A DNA stretch of 64,000 nucleotides from an uncultured Pelagibacteraceae bacterium. Its GTDB lineage: Bacteria > Pseudomonadota > Alphaproteobacteria > Pelagibacterales > Pelagibacteraceae. The notes under the pieces were generated by a model that was given only the letters and a program-made list of their open reading frames with translations, had not been told where the DNA came from and searched no databases. The position numbers and the translations under genes are program-made. Below, in pieces: positions 34,321 through 43,498 of the stretch; positions within the stretch are counted from its first letter, which is position 1; every line of letters begins with the position of its first letter. The stretch covers positions 6,977-70,976 of the forward strand of contig CACPGV010000001.1 of assembly GCA_902633595.1 (NCBI GenBank). The letters are read 5' to 3'.

Positions 34321-35155
34321 TAAAATTTATTTCTTCTTTTAGAATATCGTGATTAATATGATTATCGTAATTTAACTCTTTCACAAATAATAACTTTGTA
34401 AAATCAAATATAGATAAAAAAGTTTGAAATATTTTTCCTAATATTGGAACATAAATTTTTCCTGCCTTGTTATAATTATCAATGTTTTTTTGCTTAAGAA
34501 TATAATCACCAATTTTTCTATAAACACGCCTTGCTACAATAACTGAAAATCTTGATCTCAGAGGAATACCACTTAATGATTTAAAAGATTTTTCATAAAA
34601 TGTTTGAGATTCACTAATTAATTCTTGAATAGAAGAAAAATCAGGATTGATATATTGTCTATTGCGTTCTTTGTCTTCACAAACATCTCTAGCAATATTT
34701 GTAAGTTGCATTGCAATTCCAAGGTCGATTGCACCTTTTAAAGCCTCTTTGTTTTTAACTTTAAGTATTTTTGACATCATTAAACCAACTGTACCTGCAA
34801 CTCTGTAGGAATATATAAATAAATCCTTTTTTTTACTTATCTCGACTCTATCTTTTAAATCTGTTTCAACGCCATCAAATAAATCAAATACAATTTTTGT
34901 AGAAATATTTTCAGTATTTATAGTTGACCACATTTCTTTTATGATTGAACTCTTAAAATCCTTGTTAATAAATTCCTTTTTAAATTTTAAGAAATTTTCC
35001 CTTTTAACCTCTAGTTCGCTGTTATCATCAACTATGTCATCTAAAGTTCTACAAAAATTATATAGCGACGAACATTTCTTAAATGTTTCTTTGGAAAGAA
35101 AAAAACTAGCCCAGTAAAAAGATTTTGCGTGTTTTTCTAGTAGATTATCGCTCAT
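34307..35155 (-). CDS. crtB: Phytoene synthase
   Basis: KSFYWAS, Y.FCR..DD..D, Y.VAGTVG, MQLTNIARDV.ED. Confidence 0.95.
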   Translation of the reverse strand: MSDNLLEKHAKSFYWASFFLSKETFKKCSSLYNFCRTLDDIVDDNSELEVKRENFLKFKKEFINKDFKSSIIKEMWSTINTENISTKIVFDLFDGVETDLKDRVEISKKKDLFIYSYRVAGTVGLMMSKILKVKNKEALKGAIDLGIAMQLTNIARDVCEDKERNRQYINPDFSSIQELISESQTFYEKSFKSLSGIPLRSRFSVIVARRVYRKIGDYILKQKNIDNYNKAGKIYVPILGKIFQTFLSIFDFTKLLFVKELNYDNHINHDILKEEINFNERI

Positions 35156-36621
35156 TAAAATAATCTATCTAATACTTTCGCAGAAGACAGAACTCCTGGC
35201 ATACCAGCACCAGGATGAGTACCTGCGCCCACAAAATATAAATTTTTATAAATTTCTGACTGGTTATGAAATCTGAAATACGCCGACTGTGAAAATTTTG
35301 GCTGAATAGAAAAACCAGATCCATGTAGAGTTGCTAAGTCTATCTCAAAGTAATCAGGAGTTAGATAAAAATCACTAACTACATTTTCTTTTATTCCTGG
35401 CAAAACAGTTTTATCCATTTTATCTAAAACTAGATTTTTAAATTTATCTCCTTCTTCGATCCAGTTTATATTTGATTGATTATTTGGCACTGGTACTAAA
35501 ACATAAAAAGCATCCTGATCTTTTGGTGCCATTTTTGGATCAGTAGCAGATGGTCGGTGTAAATAATAACTTATGTCCTCCGAAAGTGTTTTTTTTTCAA
35601 ATATTTTATTTAAATGTTTCTCGTAAGATTTTCCAAAATAAATCGTATGATGAGCAACATCGCTATACTTTTTTATAGATCCAAAGTAATAAACAAACAA
35701 TCCCATTGAATAATCCATTCTTCTCATTTTTTGTTTAAATAAAAAATTATAATCCTTTTTAGACTTAATTAATTTGTTATAAACATTCGGGGGATCTGAA
35801 TTACAAATAACATAATCGCAATTTATTATTTTAGAATTATTTACTTTTACACCTTTTACTTTTTTATTTTCTACGAGTATTTCTGTTACTTCAGCATCTT
35901 TGACAATTTTAATATTTTCCTCTATCATTAATTTTTCTAATGCATTGACAACACTTCCGGTTCCTCCCATTGAGTAATGGATGCCCCACTTTTTTTCCAA
36001 AAAAAGAATTAAAGTATAAATAGAAGTTGTGCTGAAGGGATTACCTCCAACTAAAAGAGGATGCATGCTAAACACCCTTCTTAATTTTTCATCTGTGATA
36101 TAATTTGAGACTAAACTATACACAGACTTATAGCTCTTTAACTTTAAAAGAGAAGGTATTTGTTTCATCATAAAAACTAAATTATTAAATGGTCTGTCAG
36201 ATAAATCTGTAAATCCTTTATCAAAAATTTTTTCAGTGAAATTTACTAGTTTTTTGTATCCATTATAATCATCAGAATTAAATTTTTTAACTTGTTCTTC
36301 CATTGATTTATCGTTTCCATTATAATCAAAAGTTTCTCCGTCACTGAACACAAAACGGTACCATAAATCTAATGGCACAATTTTTACATAATCTGAAATT
36401 TTTTTATTAAACAAAGAAAATAACTCTTCAAAAAGATATGGGGCAGTTATGACTGTTGGTCCACCGTCATATATAAAATTACCTTTTTTGAAAACTCTAG
36501 CCCGTCCACCAAGATCAGGATGTTTTTCTATTAAAGTAACTTTATATCCTTTTGCTTTTAATCTTAGGGAAGCAGCTAAACCACCAAAACCTGATCCTAT
36601 TACAATTATTTTTTTTGCCAT
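35155..36621 (-). CDS. crtI: Phytoene desaturase
   Basis: IGSGFGGLA, D.GPTVIT, VGGNP, VGAGTHPGAGMPGV. Confidence 0.96.
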   Translation of the reverse strand: MAKKIIVIGSGFGGLAASLRLKAKGYKVTLIEKHPDLGGRARVFKKGNFIYDGGPTVITAPYLFEELFSLFNKKISDYVKIVPLDLWYRFVFSDGETFDYNGNDKSMEEQVKKFNSDDYNGYKKLVNFTEKIFDKGFTDLSDRPFNNLVFMMKQIPSLLKLKSYKSVYSLVSNYITDEKLRRVFSMHPLLVGGNPFSTTSIYTLILFLEKKWGIHYSMGGTGSVVNALEKLMIEENIKIVKDAEVTEILVENKKVKGVKVNNSKIINCDYVICNSDPPNVYNKLIKSKKDYNFLFKQKMRRMDYSMGLFVYYFGSIKKYSDVAHHTIYFGKSYEKHLNKIFEKKTLSEDISYYLHRPSATDPKMAPKDQDAFYVLVPVPNNQSNINWIEEGDKFKNLVLDKMDKTVLPGIKENVVSDFYLTPDYFEIDLATLHGSGFSIQPKFSQSAYFRFHNQSEIYKNLYFVGAGTHPGAGMPGVLSSAKVLDRLF

Positions 36622-36639
36622 TGATATTTATGGCCTATT

Positions 36640-37137
36640 CTAACTAGATTTTTTCTTAAGTGCTAATTTTGTTTCCTCAACACTAGAGGCGTAAATTTTA
36701 TCTAATTTGCTTTTATCTAATGAATTTTTAAGAAGTTTTTCCACAGATTCTATTGCTATTTTGACAGAAGTATTTTTAATATCCTTTAAAGCTTGGTTTT
36801 TAAGTTGTTTGATTCTTTCCTCGGCGTTTTTCTTTCTGTTCTCCATTAAATTGTGAAAGTCCTGGTTGGTTTTTATCACATTCTTTTCAGCATCTTCATT
36901 AGCTTTATCAACCATTAATTTTACCTCAGCTTTGGAATTACTAATTTTTTTTTCATGCTCTGTTAATATATTCTTAGCGTCTTCTTTTAGCTTATCTGCC
37001 TCATCGATTTGATTTTTAATATTTCTGATATTTTCATCTAATGTCGTCTTAATTTTTTGAGGGATTTTAAAGTAAACGAGCAATCCTATAAAAATAAAGA
37101 AGGATATCATTACCCAGAAAGTTGCATCTATAGTCAT
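36640..37137 (-). CDS. atpF: ATP synthase F0 subunit b
   Basis: DATFWV.ISF TM plus coiled coil; operon position. Confidence 0.92.
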   Translation of the reverse strand: MTIDATFWVMISFFIFIGLLVYFKIPQKIKTTLDENIRNIKNQIDEADKLKEDAKNILTEHEKKISNSKAEVKLMVDKANEDAEKNVIKTNQDFHNLMENRKKNAEERIKQLKNQALKDIKNTSVKIAIESVEKLLKNSLDKSKLDKIYASSVEETKLALKKKSS

Positions 37138-37709
37138 AAATATTTATCTATATTTTTTTTTGATACATCTTCAACTGTGGCCTTAATACTACTCTCGTTG
37201 AGTTTATCTCCTGAAATATTTTCAATAATACTTGAAGTGATGTTTTCTGAAATACTTTGTATATCATTAAGAGAACTTCTTTTTAATTCATCAATTTCTT
37301 TTTGTGCTTTTGATATTTCATTTTCAATCTCTTTTTCCATAGCTTCTTTTTTTGACTGAATATTTTTATCTAATATGGTTCTAGATTCTATTTGAATTTT
37401 AATGACTTCTTTTTTGGCATCTGCTAAAATTTTTTCATATTCTTTAAATTTAGACTCAGACAAATCTTTAAATTTATTTGCATCATCAACATCATCTTTA
37501 ATTTTGTTTTCACGATCATCTAAATTATTTTTTATTTTTGGTAGGTAAAATTTTGCTATCGAAATATATAAAATTGTAAAAATTAAAATTAACCAAAAGG
37601 CTTGAGACGCCCAATACTTTGGATTCAGCTGAGGCATACCAGCCTCAGCTGCAAACAAGTCAGTGTTTATAGCTAAAGTAGCTATTACTAAACTAAAGTA
37701 ACTCTTCAT
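37134..37709 (-). CDS. ATP synthase F0 subunit b'
   Basis: MPQL....SQ.FWL, LP.I...LD.R; operon position. Confidence 0.9.
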   Translation of the reverse strand: MKSYFSLVIATLAINTDLFAAEAGMPQLNPKYWASQAFWLILIFTILYISIAKFYLPKIKNNLDDRENKIKDDVDDANKFKDLSESKFKEYEKILADAKKEVIKIQIESRTILDKNIQSKKEAMEKEIENEISKAQKEIDELKRSSLNDIQSISENITSSIIENISGDKLNESSIKATVEDVSKKNIDKYL

Positions 37710-37719
37710 ATTTATTTAA

Positions 37720-37947
37720 TTAAAATGCAAATAAAATAATCAAAGCTACTACTAAGCCGAATAATCCAGTCGCTTCCGCCAAGGCAAATCCCAAAAGTAA
37801 ATTAGGGAATTGTTTTTGGGCAGCAGATGGGTTTCTCATTGCACCAGAAAGGTAGTTACCGAAAATAATTCCAATACCTACACCAGCTCCAGCCAATGCG
37901 ATTGCAGCAAGACCTGCTCCAATCATTTTTGCCGCTTCTAACTCCAT
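37720..37947 (-). CDS. atpE: ATP synthase F0 subunit c
   Basis: GAGVGIG, RNP, GFALAEA; AGGAGG RBS. Confidence 0.98.
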   Translation of the reverse strand: MELEAAKMIGAGLAAIALAGAGVGIGIIFGNYLSGAMRNPSAAQKQFPNLLLGFALAEATGLFGLVVALIILFAF

Positions 37948-37964
37948 TTTTCCTCCTTTATTAA

Positions 37965-38699
37965 TTAATGATGTAAATTTAATGCATCATTTAAATAGAT
38001 GCAGGTTAATATTGCAAAAACATAAGCTTGAAGAAAAGCCACAAGAATCTCCAAACCTGTTAATGCTACTGAAAAACTAAGTGGCAACCAACCACCTAGT
38101 AATCCTAAACTAATGACAAATCCACCAAAAACTTTTAACATAGTATGTCCCGCCATCATGTTTGCAAATAGTCTAACTGATAAACTTACTGGTCTACTTA
38201 AATATGAGATGATCTCAATTACTGTAATCAAAGGCAATAGTACTGCAGGAACACCACTTGGAACAAATATACTTAGATATTTAAAGCCGTGTTTGGTAAA
38301 TCCTATAATAGTGACTGCAACAAAAATAAATAAAGCCATTATTAAAGTTACAATAATATGACTTGTCACTGTAAAAGAATAGGGAAGCATTCCGACCATA
38401 TTGCAGAAAAGAACAAACATAAATAAACTGAAGATGAAAGGGAAGTAAGGTTTAGCTTTTGATCCCGCTGTATCACTTATCATCTTTGCAACAAATGTAT
38501 AGAACATCTCTGCTATTAGTTGGACTTTATCTGGAATAATTTTCTTTTCTCTCGTGCCCAAAAACAAAAATAACAAAATAATAGAGGCACTTATTACCAT
38601 AAATAAACTTGCATTTGTAAATGATAAATCTACTCCAGCAATCTTAATCTCTGGTCCAATTTTATGAACGCTAAATTGCTGCATTGGATTACTTGCCAT
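37965..38699 (-). CDS. atpB: ATP synthase F0 subunit a
   Basis: RPVSLSVRLFANM.AGH, LQAYVF. Confidence 0.98.
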   Translation of the reverse strand: MASNPMQQFSVHKIGPEIKIAGVDLSFTNASLFMVISASIILLFLFLGTREKKIIPDKVQLIAEMFYTFVAKMISDTAGSKAKPYFPFIFSLFMFVLFCNMVGMLPYSFTVTSHIIVTLIMALFIFVAVTIIGFTKHGFKYLSIFVPSGVPAVLLPLITVIEIISYLSRPVSLSVRLFANMMAGHTMLKVFGGFVISLGLLGGWLPLSFSVALTGLEILVAFLQAYVFAILTCIYLNDALNLHH

Positions 38700-38708
38700 A
38701 AATTCCTT

Positions 38709-38993
38709 TTAATCCTCTTTTTGTATTCGGTTGGCAGTTCTAATTACGTTTAACATGCCAGCAGCCGCTCCCAAAAAAAAGAAAATTATTATTAACCAAG
38801 GTTTAGTACCAAACCAACTATCTAAAATAAACCCAAATATTGTCCCAACAGCAACTGCTGCTACAAGTTCTGTGCCTAATTTAAATGCGCTCCCCATAAA
38901 TGAGCCTCTTTTTTCATTATCAGATTGAACTTGTTTTTTTATTTTTGATTTTGCAATTTTTAGGCGAGTTTTAAAGTCTTCAGGAATTGTCAT
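38709..38993 (-). CDS. atpI: AtpZ/AtpI family protein
   Basis: G..LD..FGT.PW, G..AG..N; first gene of the F0 cluster; start MTIPED. Confidence 0.9.
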   Translation of the reverse strand: MTIPEDFKTRLKIAKSKIKKQVQSDNEKRGSFMGSAFKLGTELVAAVAVGTIFGFILDSWFGTKPWLIIIFFFLGAAAGMLNVIRTANRIQKED

Positions 38994-38997
38994 CTTT

Positions 38998-41442
38998 TTA
39001 AGCAACTAACTCTTCAGCTTTTTGTAAGTCTACAGAAACTAGTTGGCTAACACCTTGCTCTGCCATCGTGACACCATACAGTCTATGCATTCTCGACATT
39101 GTAAGAGCGTGGTGAGTTATAATAATAAATTTTGTTTTTGTTATTTTTGTAAGTTCGTCTAACAAACTGCAGAACCTGGTAACATTGGCATCGTCTAATG
39201 GAGCGTCAACTTCATCTAAAACGCAAATAGGTGATGGATTTACTAAAAAAACTGCAAAAACTAATGACAGGGCTGTTAAAGCTTGTTCACCTCCAGATAA
39301 TAATGTGATTGATTGCAATCTTTTTCCCGGAGGAGACACAAACATTTCTAACCCGGCTTCAAGTGGATCCTCTGAGTCAACAAGTTCTATTTTTGCAGAC
39401 CCTCCATTGAATAATTTTGTGTAAACTTCATTAAATTTCCTATTAACCTTAGTGAACGCCTCAAGTAATCTTTCTCTTCCCTTTTGATTTAGTTCATCAA
39501 TACTTGTTTTTAATTTTACTATTGCAGAATATAGATCAGCTCTATCATCCTCCATCTTTTTAATTTCTGTCTCGTATTTTTTTGTTTCTTCGTCAGCTCT
39601 TAAATTAACAGATCCAAGTGACTCTCTCTTTTTTTTAATTTTTTCAGCTTTTTGAGATTGATCCTCTAATGAAGGTAATTTTTCAGGTGAAATTTCACTT
39701 AAATCTGATTGGGATAAGATAGACTCCTCACTTTTAATATTTAATTCACTTTTTACTGAATATAATAAATCTTTTTTTCTATTTTCAATTCCTTCTACAG
39801 TTGCTTCATTTCTTGCTTTATTTTCTTTTAAGTTCGATAGTTTTAATTGAATTTCCTTTAAATTTTGATTGATTAAATTATATTTTTTCTCAGAGTCGAT
39901 TAATTCGTTTTCTATTTCTTTATTCCTTTTTTTGGTATTATCTAAGTTCTGTAAATTTTGTCCTTTAGATGTTGCTATACGTTCAGGATTTTTTTGATTT
40001 TCATTTAATTCTAAAAGCAATTTATTTTTTCGATCTGATAATTCAGCGGTCATTTTCTCAGAATTTGATCTTAGGTTTATCCAATTTTCTAATTCTACAT
40101 CAATATTTTTTATTCTTTCTTTCCTTTTTATAGAATCACTCTGTATAGATTTGTCTTTCCCAAATTTTTCAGCATATACTTCTTGAGATGATGTAATACT
40201 TTTTACTAGTTGTCTTAAATCATTGAATGTTTCTTTTGAGAGTTTTTTATTATCATCAATATCTTTTTCAATCTGATCTAACATAGCATCTAATTTAGAC
40301 TGCAAATCATCTAAATGATTTTTAGACTCTTTTAATTCCTTAGATGAATTTGTTTCTACCTCAAGGAGTTCATTTTCAGTTTTTAAAAGCTCTTCTTTTT
40401 CTTTTGATATTCTTTTTTCATTCAAATCTGCATCTAAAGAAATACTTTTTTCACGTTCTAGATCTGATTCAATAGTCTTGATTGATTTTTCAAGTTTTCC
40501 CTGCAAAGATTTAACTCTTTCTTCTTCCTCAACAAGATTAGACATATCTAAATTAAGCTTTTGTAATCTTGCGGCACTTTCCATTTTTTTATCCCTTAGA
40601 GGAGCAAGTTTTTTATTCTCTTCATCTAAAAGCGTATTGTTATGATTAAAATCTATGTTTACCGCACTTATTTCATCATCTTGTTCACTTAGCTTTTCGA
40701 CAATTTGTTTCTTATCTTCTTCTATTTCTCTTATCTTTAAATAATATAATCCTGCTTCAATTTTTTTTATCTCTCGTGAAATTTCTTTATATCTTGTAGC
40801 CTCTTCTGCTTGTTTCTTTAAACTATCTAGTTGTTTTTCTTGTTGTCTCTTAAGTTCATCGGCTCTTTTTAAATTGTTTTCAGCCGCATTTAATCTTGTC
40901 TCGGCTTCTTGTCTTCTTGCATGTATTCCAGAAATACCAGCAGCTTCTTCAAGTATAGATTTTCTTTCAATTGGTTTCGACGTAACTAGTTGCCCAATTT
41001 TTCCTTGGCTTATAAGCGAGGGAGAGTGTGCTCCAGTCGATAAATCTGCAAATAAAGTTTGGACATCTCTCGCTCTTACTTCTTTATCATTAACATAATA
41101 CTTAGATCCTTTATCTTTCTCGATTTTCCTTCTTACGGAAATTTCATCAAACTCTTTATAATGTGAAGGACCATCTTTATTTTGATTATCAAGTAACAAT
41201 GTAACTTCTGAAATATTTTTTGAAGGTCTATTTGAAGTTCCAGAAAAAATAACATCCTCCATACCTGAACCCCTCATGCTTTTCGCAGAATTTTCTCCCA
41301 TACACCAACGTAAAGACTCAACAATATTTGATTTACCACAACCATTTGGACCAACAATCCCAGTTAACCCTTCCTCAATTAAAATCGTAGTTTTTTCAGA
41401 AAATGATTTAAAGCCAGTTATATCTAGTTGTTTAAATTTCAT
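38998..41442 (-). CDS. smc: Chromosome segregation protein Smc, shortened (814 aa)
   Basis: GFKSF, GPNGCGKSN, R-finger SMRG..MEDVIF.G, Q-loop SQG, G.VN..A, LSGGE, LDEVDAPLD, ITH. Confidence 0.93.
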   Translation of the reverse strand: MKFKQLDITGFKSFSEKTTILIEEGLTGIVGPNGCGKSNIVESLRWCMGENSAKSMRGSGMEDVIFSGTSNRPSKNISEVTLLLDNQNKDGPSHYKEFDEISVRRKIEKDKGSKYYVNDKEVRARDVQTLFADLSTGAHSPSLISQGKIGQLVTSKPIERKSILEEAAGISGIHARRQEAETRLNAAENNLKRADELKRQQEKQLDSLKKQAEEATRYKEISREIKKIEAGLYYLKIREIEEDKKQIVEKLSEQDDEISAVNIDFNHNNTLLDEENKKLAPLRDKKMESAARLQKLNLDMSNLVEEEERVKSLQGKLEKSIKTIESDLEREKSISLDADLNEKRISKEKEELLKTENELLEVETNSSKELKESKNHLDDLQSKLDAMLDQIEKDIDDNKKLSKETFNDLRQLVKSITSSQEVYAEKFGKDKSIQSDSIKRKERIKNIDVELENWINLRSNSEKMTAELSDRKNKLLLELNENQKNPERIATSKGQNLQNLDNTKKRNKEIENELIDSEKKYNLINQNLKEIQLKLSNLKENKARNEATVEGIENRKKDLLYSVKSELNIKSEESILSQSDLSEISPEKLPSLEDQSQKAEKIKKKRESLGSVNLRADEETKKYETEIKKMEDDRADLYSAIVKLKTSIDELNQKGRERLLEAFTKVNRKFNEVYTKLFNGGSAKIELVDSEDPLEAGLEMFVSPPGKRLQSITLLSGGEQALTALSLVFAVFLVNPSPICVLDEVDAPLDDANVTRFCSLLDELTKITKTKFIIITHHALTMSRMHRLYGVTMAEQGVSQLVSVDLQKAEELVA

Positions 41443-42033
41443 TTATAAATTTTTTTCAATAATCTTTTTAAATTTTTTATAATCTACTTTACCAGAATAT
41501 TTTTTTTCGTTAACAAATATAGTAGGTGTAGACTCTATTTTATATTTTTTTTGAGCCTCAATCCTTTCATTAAGTATTTGATCTTGAACATCACTATTTT
41601 CTAGACATGTATTCATTTTTTCTTCAGTTAAATCGAAATCTGAACCGACTTTCTTTATTAAATCATTAATTTTGTTTATATCAGACCCCACGGCCCAGAA
41701 GGTTTGTTTATTATAAATTTCTTCTAATAATTTAAATTTTTTTTCATTATTAGTTTGGCACCGAACAACTATCTCCGCATTAAGCGCAGCCAAGTCTAAT
41801 GGAAAAGCATGATGTTCAAATCTTACTAAACCTTCATCAATATACTCCTTTTTTAGTTTATTAAAAATTGAAGTATGAAAAGTTGCGCAATGAGGACAAG
41901 TTAGAGATGAAAAAACTTTTACTGTAACTTTAGCATCAGGACTTCCAATGCTTAATATTTTACTTTCTGCTTGAGCAGAAAAAATAAATACCAATATAAA
42001 AACTGTTTTAAAAATTTTACTTATTTCGTTCAT
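41443..42033 (-). CDS. DsbA family thioredoxin-fold protein
   Basis: Signal peptide, S.TCPHCA.FH, FPLD, STPT. Confidence 0.9.
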   Translation of the reverse strand: MNEISKIFKTVFILVFIFSAQAESKILSIGSPDAKVTVKVFSSLTCPHCATFHTSIFNKLKKEYIDEGLVRFEHHAFPLDLAALNAEIVVRCQTNNEKKFKLLEEIYNKQTFWAVGSDINKINDLIKKVGSDFDLTEEKMNTCLENSDVQDQILNERIEAQKKYKIESTPTIFVNEKKYSGKVDYKKFKKIIEKNL

Positions 42034-42502
42034 TAAATGCTTTCAAAAAATTGTTAAGAGAACTTTTTAAACTGTTATCATTTACTCTACTCATTTTTTC
42101 TTCGATTTTAGATAAGTTTTTTATTTTTGGAAATATTTTTTTATTTAGTTTGATTTTATTTTGTGTAATTTTTAACTTAATATTACCAATACAATTATAG
42201 CCAAAAAAACTATTAATTTTATCAATTATCTCTTTTTTTTCATATTCAACTTCCAATTCCTTCCCGTGAATAACGTTTAAAACCAGTGTGCCATTTCTCA
42301 TTTCTTTTCCCATTTTTACTGTCGCAGGATAACAAGCATCGGAAATTTTTTTACTAACCATATTTGTCCAATTGTCTACGATGTTGGAATAATTATAACC
42401 ACCTTTTCTTAGATGTTTTTTTAATGTTTTTGGAATTGAACTTGAAAAAGGCCTTAGTCCTTGTATGAACGTTTGGGTTTTATTATTATTTTTACTATGC
42501 AT
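42017..42502 (-). CDS. DUF721/DciA family protein
   Basis: W..MV...I...CYP, L.L.V.HG..LEVEY, IIDKINSFFGY; typical mutY/dsbA/smc context. Confidence 0.82.
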   Translation of the reverse strand: MHSKNNNKTQTFIQGLRPFSSSIPKTLKKHLRKGGYNYSNIVDNWTNMVSKKISDACYPATVKMGKEMRNGTLVLNVIHGKELEVEYEKKEIIDKINSFFGYNCIGNIKLKITQNKIKLNKKIFPKIKNLSKIEEKMSRVNDNSLKSSLNNFLKAFNERNK

Positions 42503-43498
42503 TTAAACACAACTTTATCAAAAAAAATTCTTGCTTGGTATGATAATAGCAAACGTATTTTACCTTGGCGTGTTAGCAAAAAGTCACAAAAAAAGCTTTA
42601 TTACAGACTTTTAAGTGAATTTATGTTGCAACAAACTCAGGTAAAAACAGTTATTCCTTATTTTAAAAAATTTACCAAAAACTATAAGACTCTCAATTCT
42701 CTCTCCAAAGCAAATGAAAATCAAATTCTAAAATTATGGGAAGGACTAGGTTACTATAGGCGAGCAAGAAATTTATTAGCATCTGCAAAATTATTAGTAA
42801 AAAAATATAATTCAAAGTTACCTGATGATTTAAAAGAATTGAAAAAACTGCCAGGTGTTGGCGAATATACCGCAAATGCATTGTTAGGATTAGTTCATGA
42901 CAAACCAACTATTGCATTAGATGGAAACGTTAAAAGAATATTTGCAAGATATCTAAATAAAAAAGAGATAGACATTAACTTTGAAAAGCTCATTTCTATT
43001 AATAAAAAAAAACTATTTAGCACAAATAGAAATTCAGACTTTGTTGAGGCTTTAATGGAATTTGGGGCCTTAGTGTGTAAACCAAAAAACCCAAAATGTG
43101 GTGATTGTTGTTTGAATAAAAGTTGCAGGTATTTTAAATCTTCTAATAAAATTAAAACTAATAAAAGAAAACAGATTAAAATAATGCATTATGATATTTT
43201 TTGTTATTTAAATAAAAGTAAAAGAATTGCTTTAACTACAGAAAATAAAATAAGTTTTTTAAAAAATTTTAATCTTCCATCTATTAAAAAAATGAAAAAC
43301 ATTAAAAGAAACAAAAAATGGAAATTTTTAAAAAATTACAAAAACTCTATATCTAATCAAAAACTAAATATAAATTTATATTATAAGTTTTCGAACAAAA
43401 TTCCACTATCTCATAAATGGTATTCATTAAATAATAAAAAAGAATTTATTCCAAGTTTTACAAAAAAAATATTTCAACAAGTTTCAGTGTTATTTTAA
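42497..43498 (+). CDS. mutY: A/G-specific adenine DNA glycosylase
   Basis: LPWR, SEFMLQQT, WEGLGYYRRARNL, HhH LPGVG.YTA, DGNV.R, Cx6Cx2Cx5C; start MHLNT. Confidence 0.93.
   Translation: MHLNTTLSKKILAWYDNSKRILPWRVSKKSQKKLYYRLLSEFMLQQTQVKTVIPYFKKFTKNYKTLNSLSKANENQILKLWEGLGYYRRARNLLASAKLLVKKYNSKLPDDLKELKKLPGVGEYTANALLGLVHDKPTIALDGNVKRIFARYLNKKEIDINFEKLISINKKKLFSTNRNSDFVEALMEFGALVCKPKNPKCGDCCLNKSCRYFKSSNKIKTNKRKQIKIMHYDIFCYLNKSKRIALTTENKISFLKNFNLPSIKKMKNIKRNKKWKFLKNYKNSISNQKLNINLYYKFSNKIPLSHKWYSLNNKKEFIPSFTKKIFQQVSVLF

Noticed and set aside
38998-41442. RecN, SbcC/Rad50 or Wadjet JetC identity for the short SMC-like protein
   Set aside because: Head and joint motifs and synteny are those of housekeeping Smc; no zinc hook, nuclease partner or jet genes
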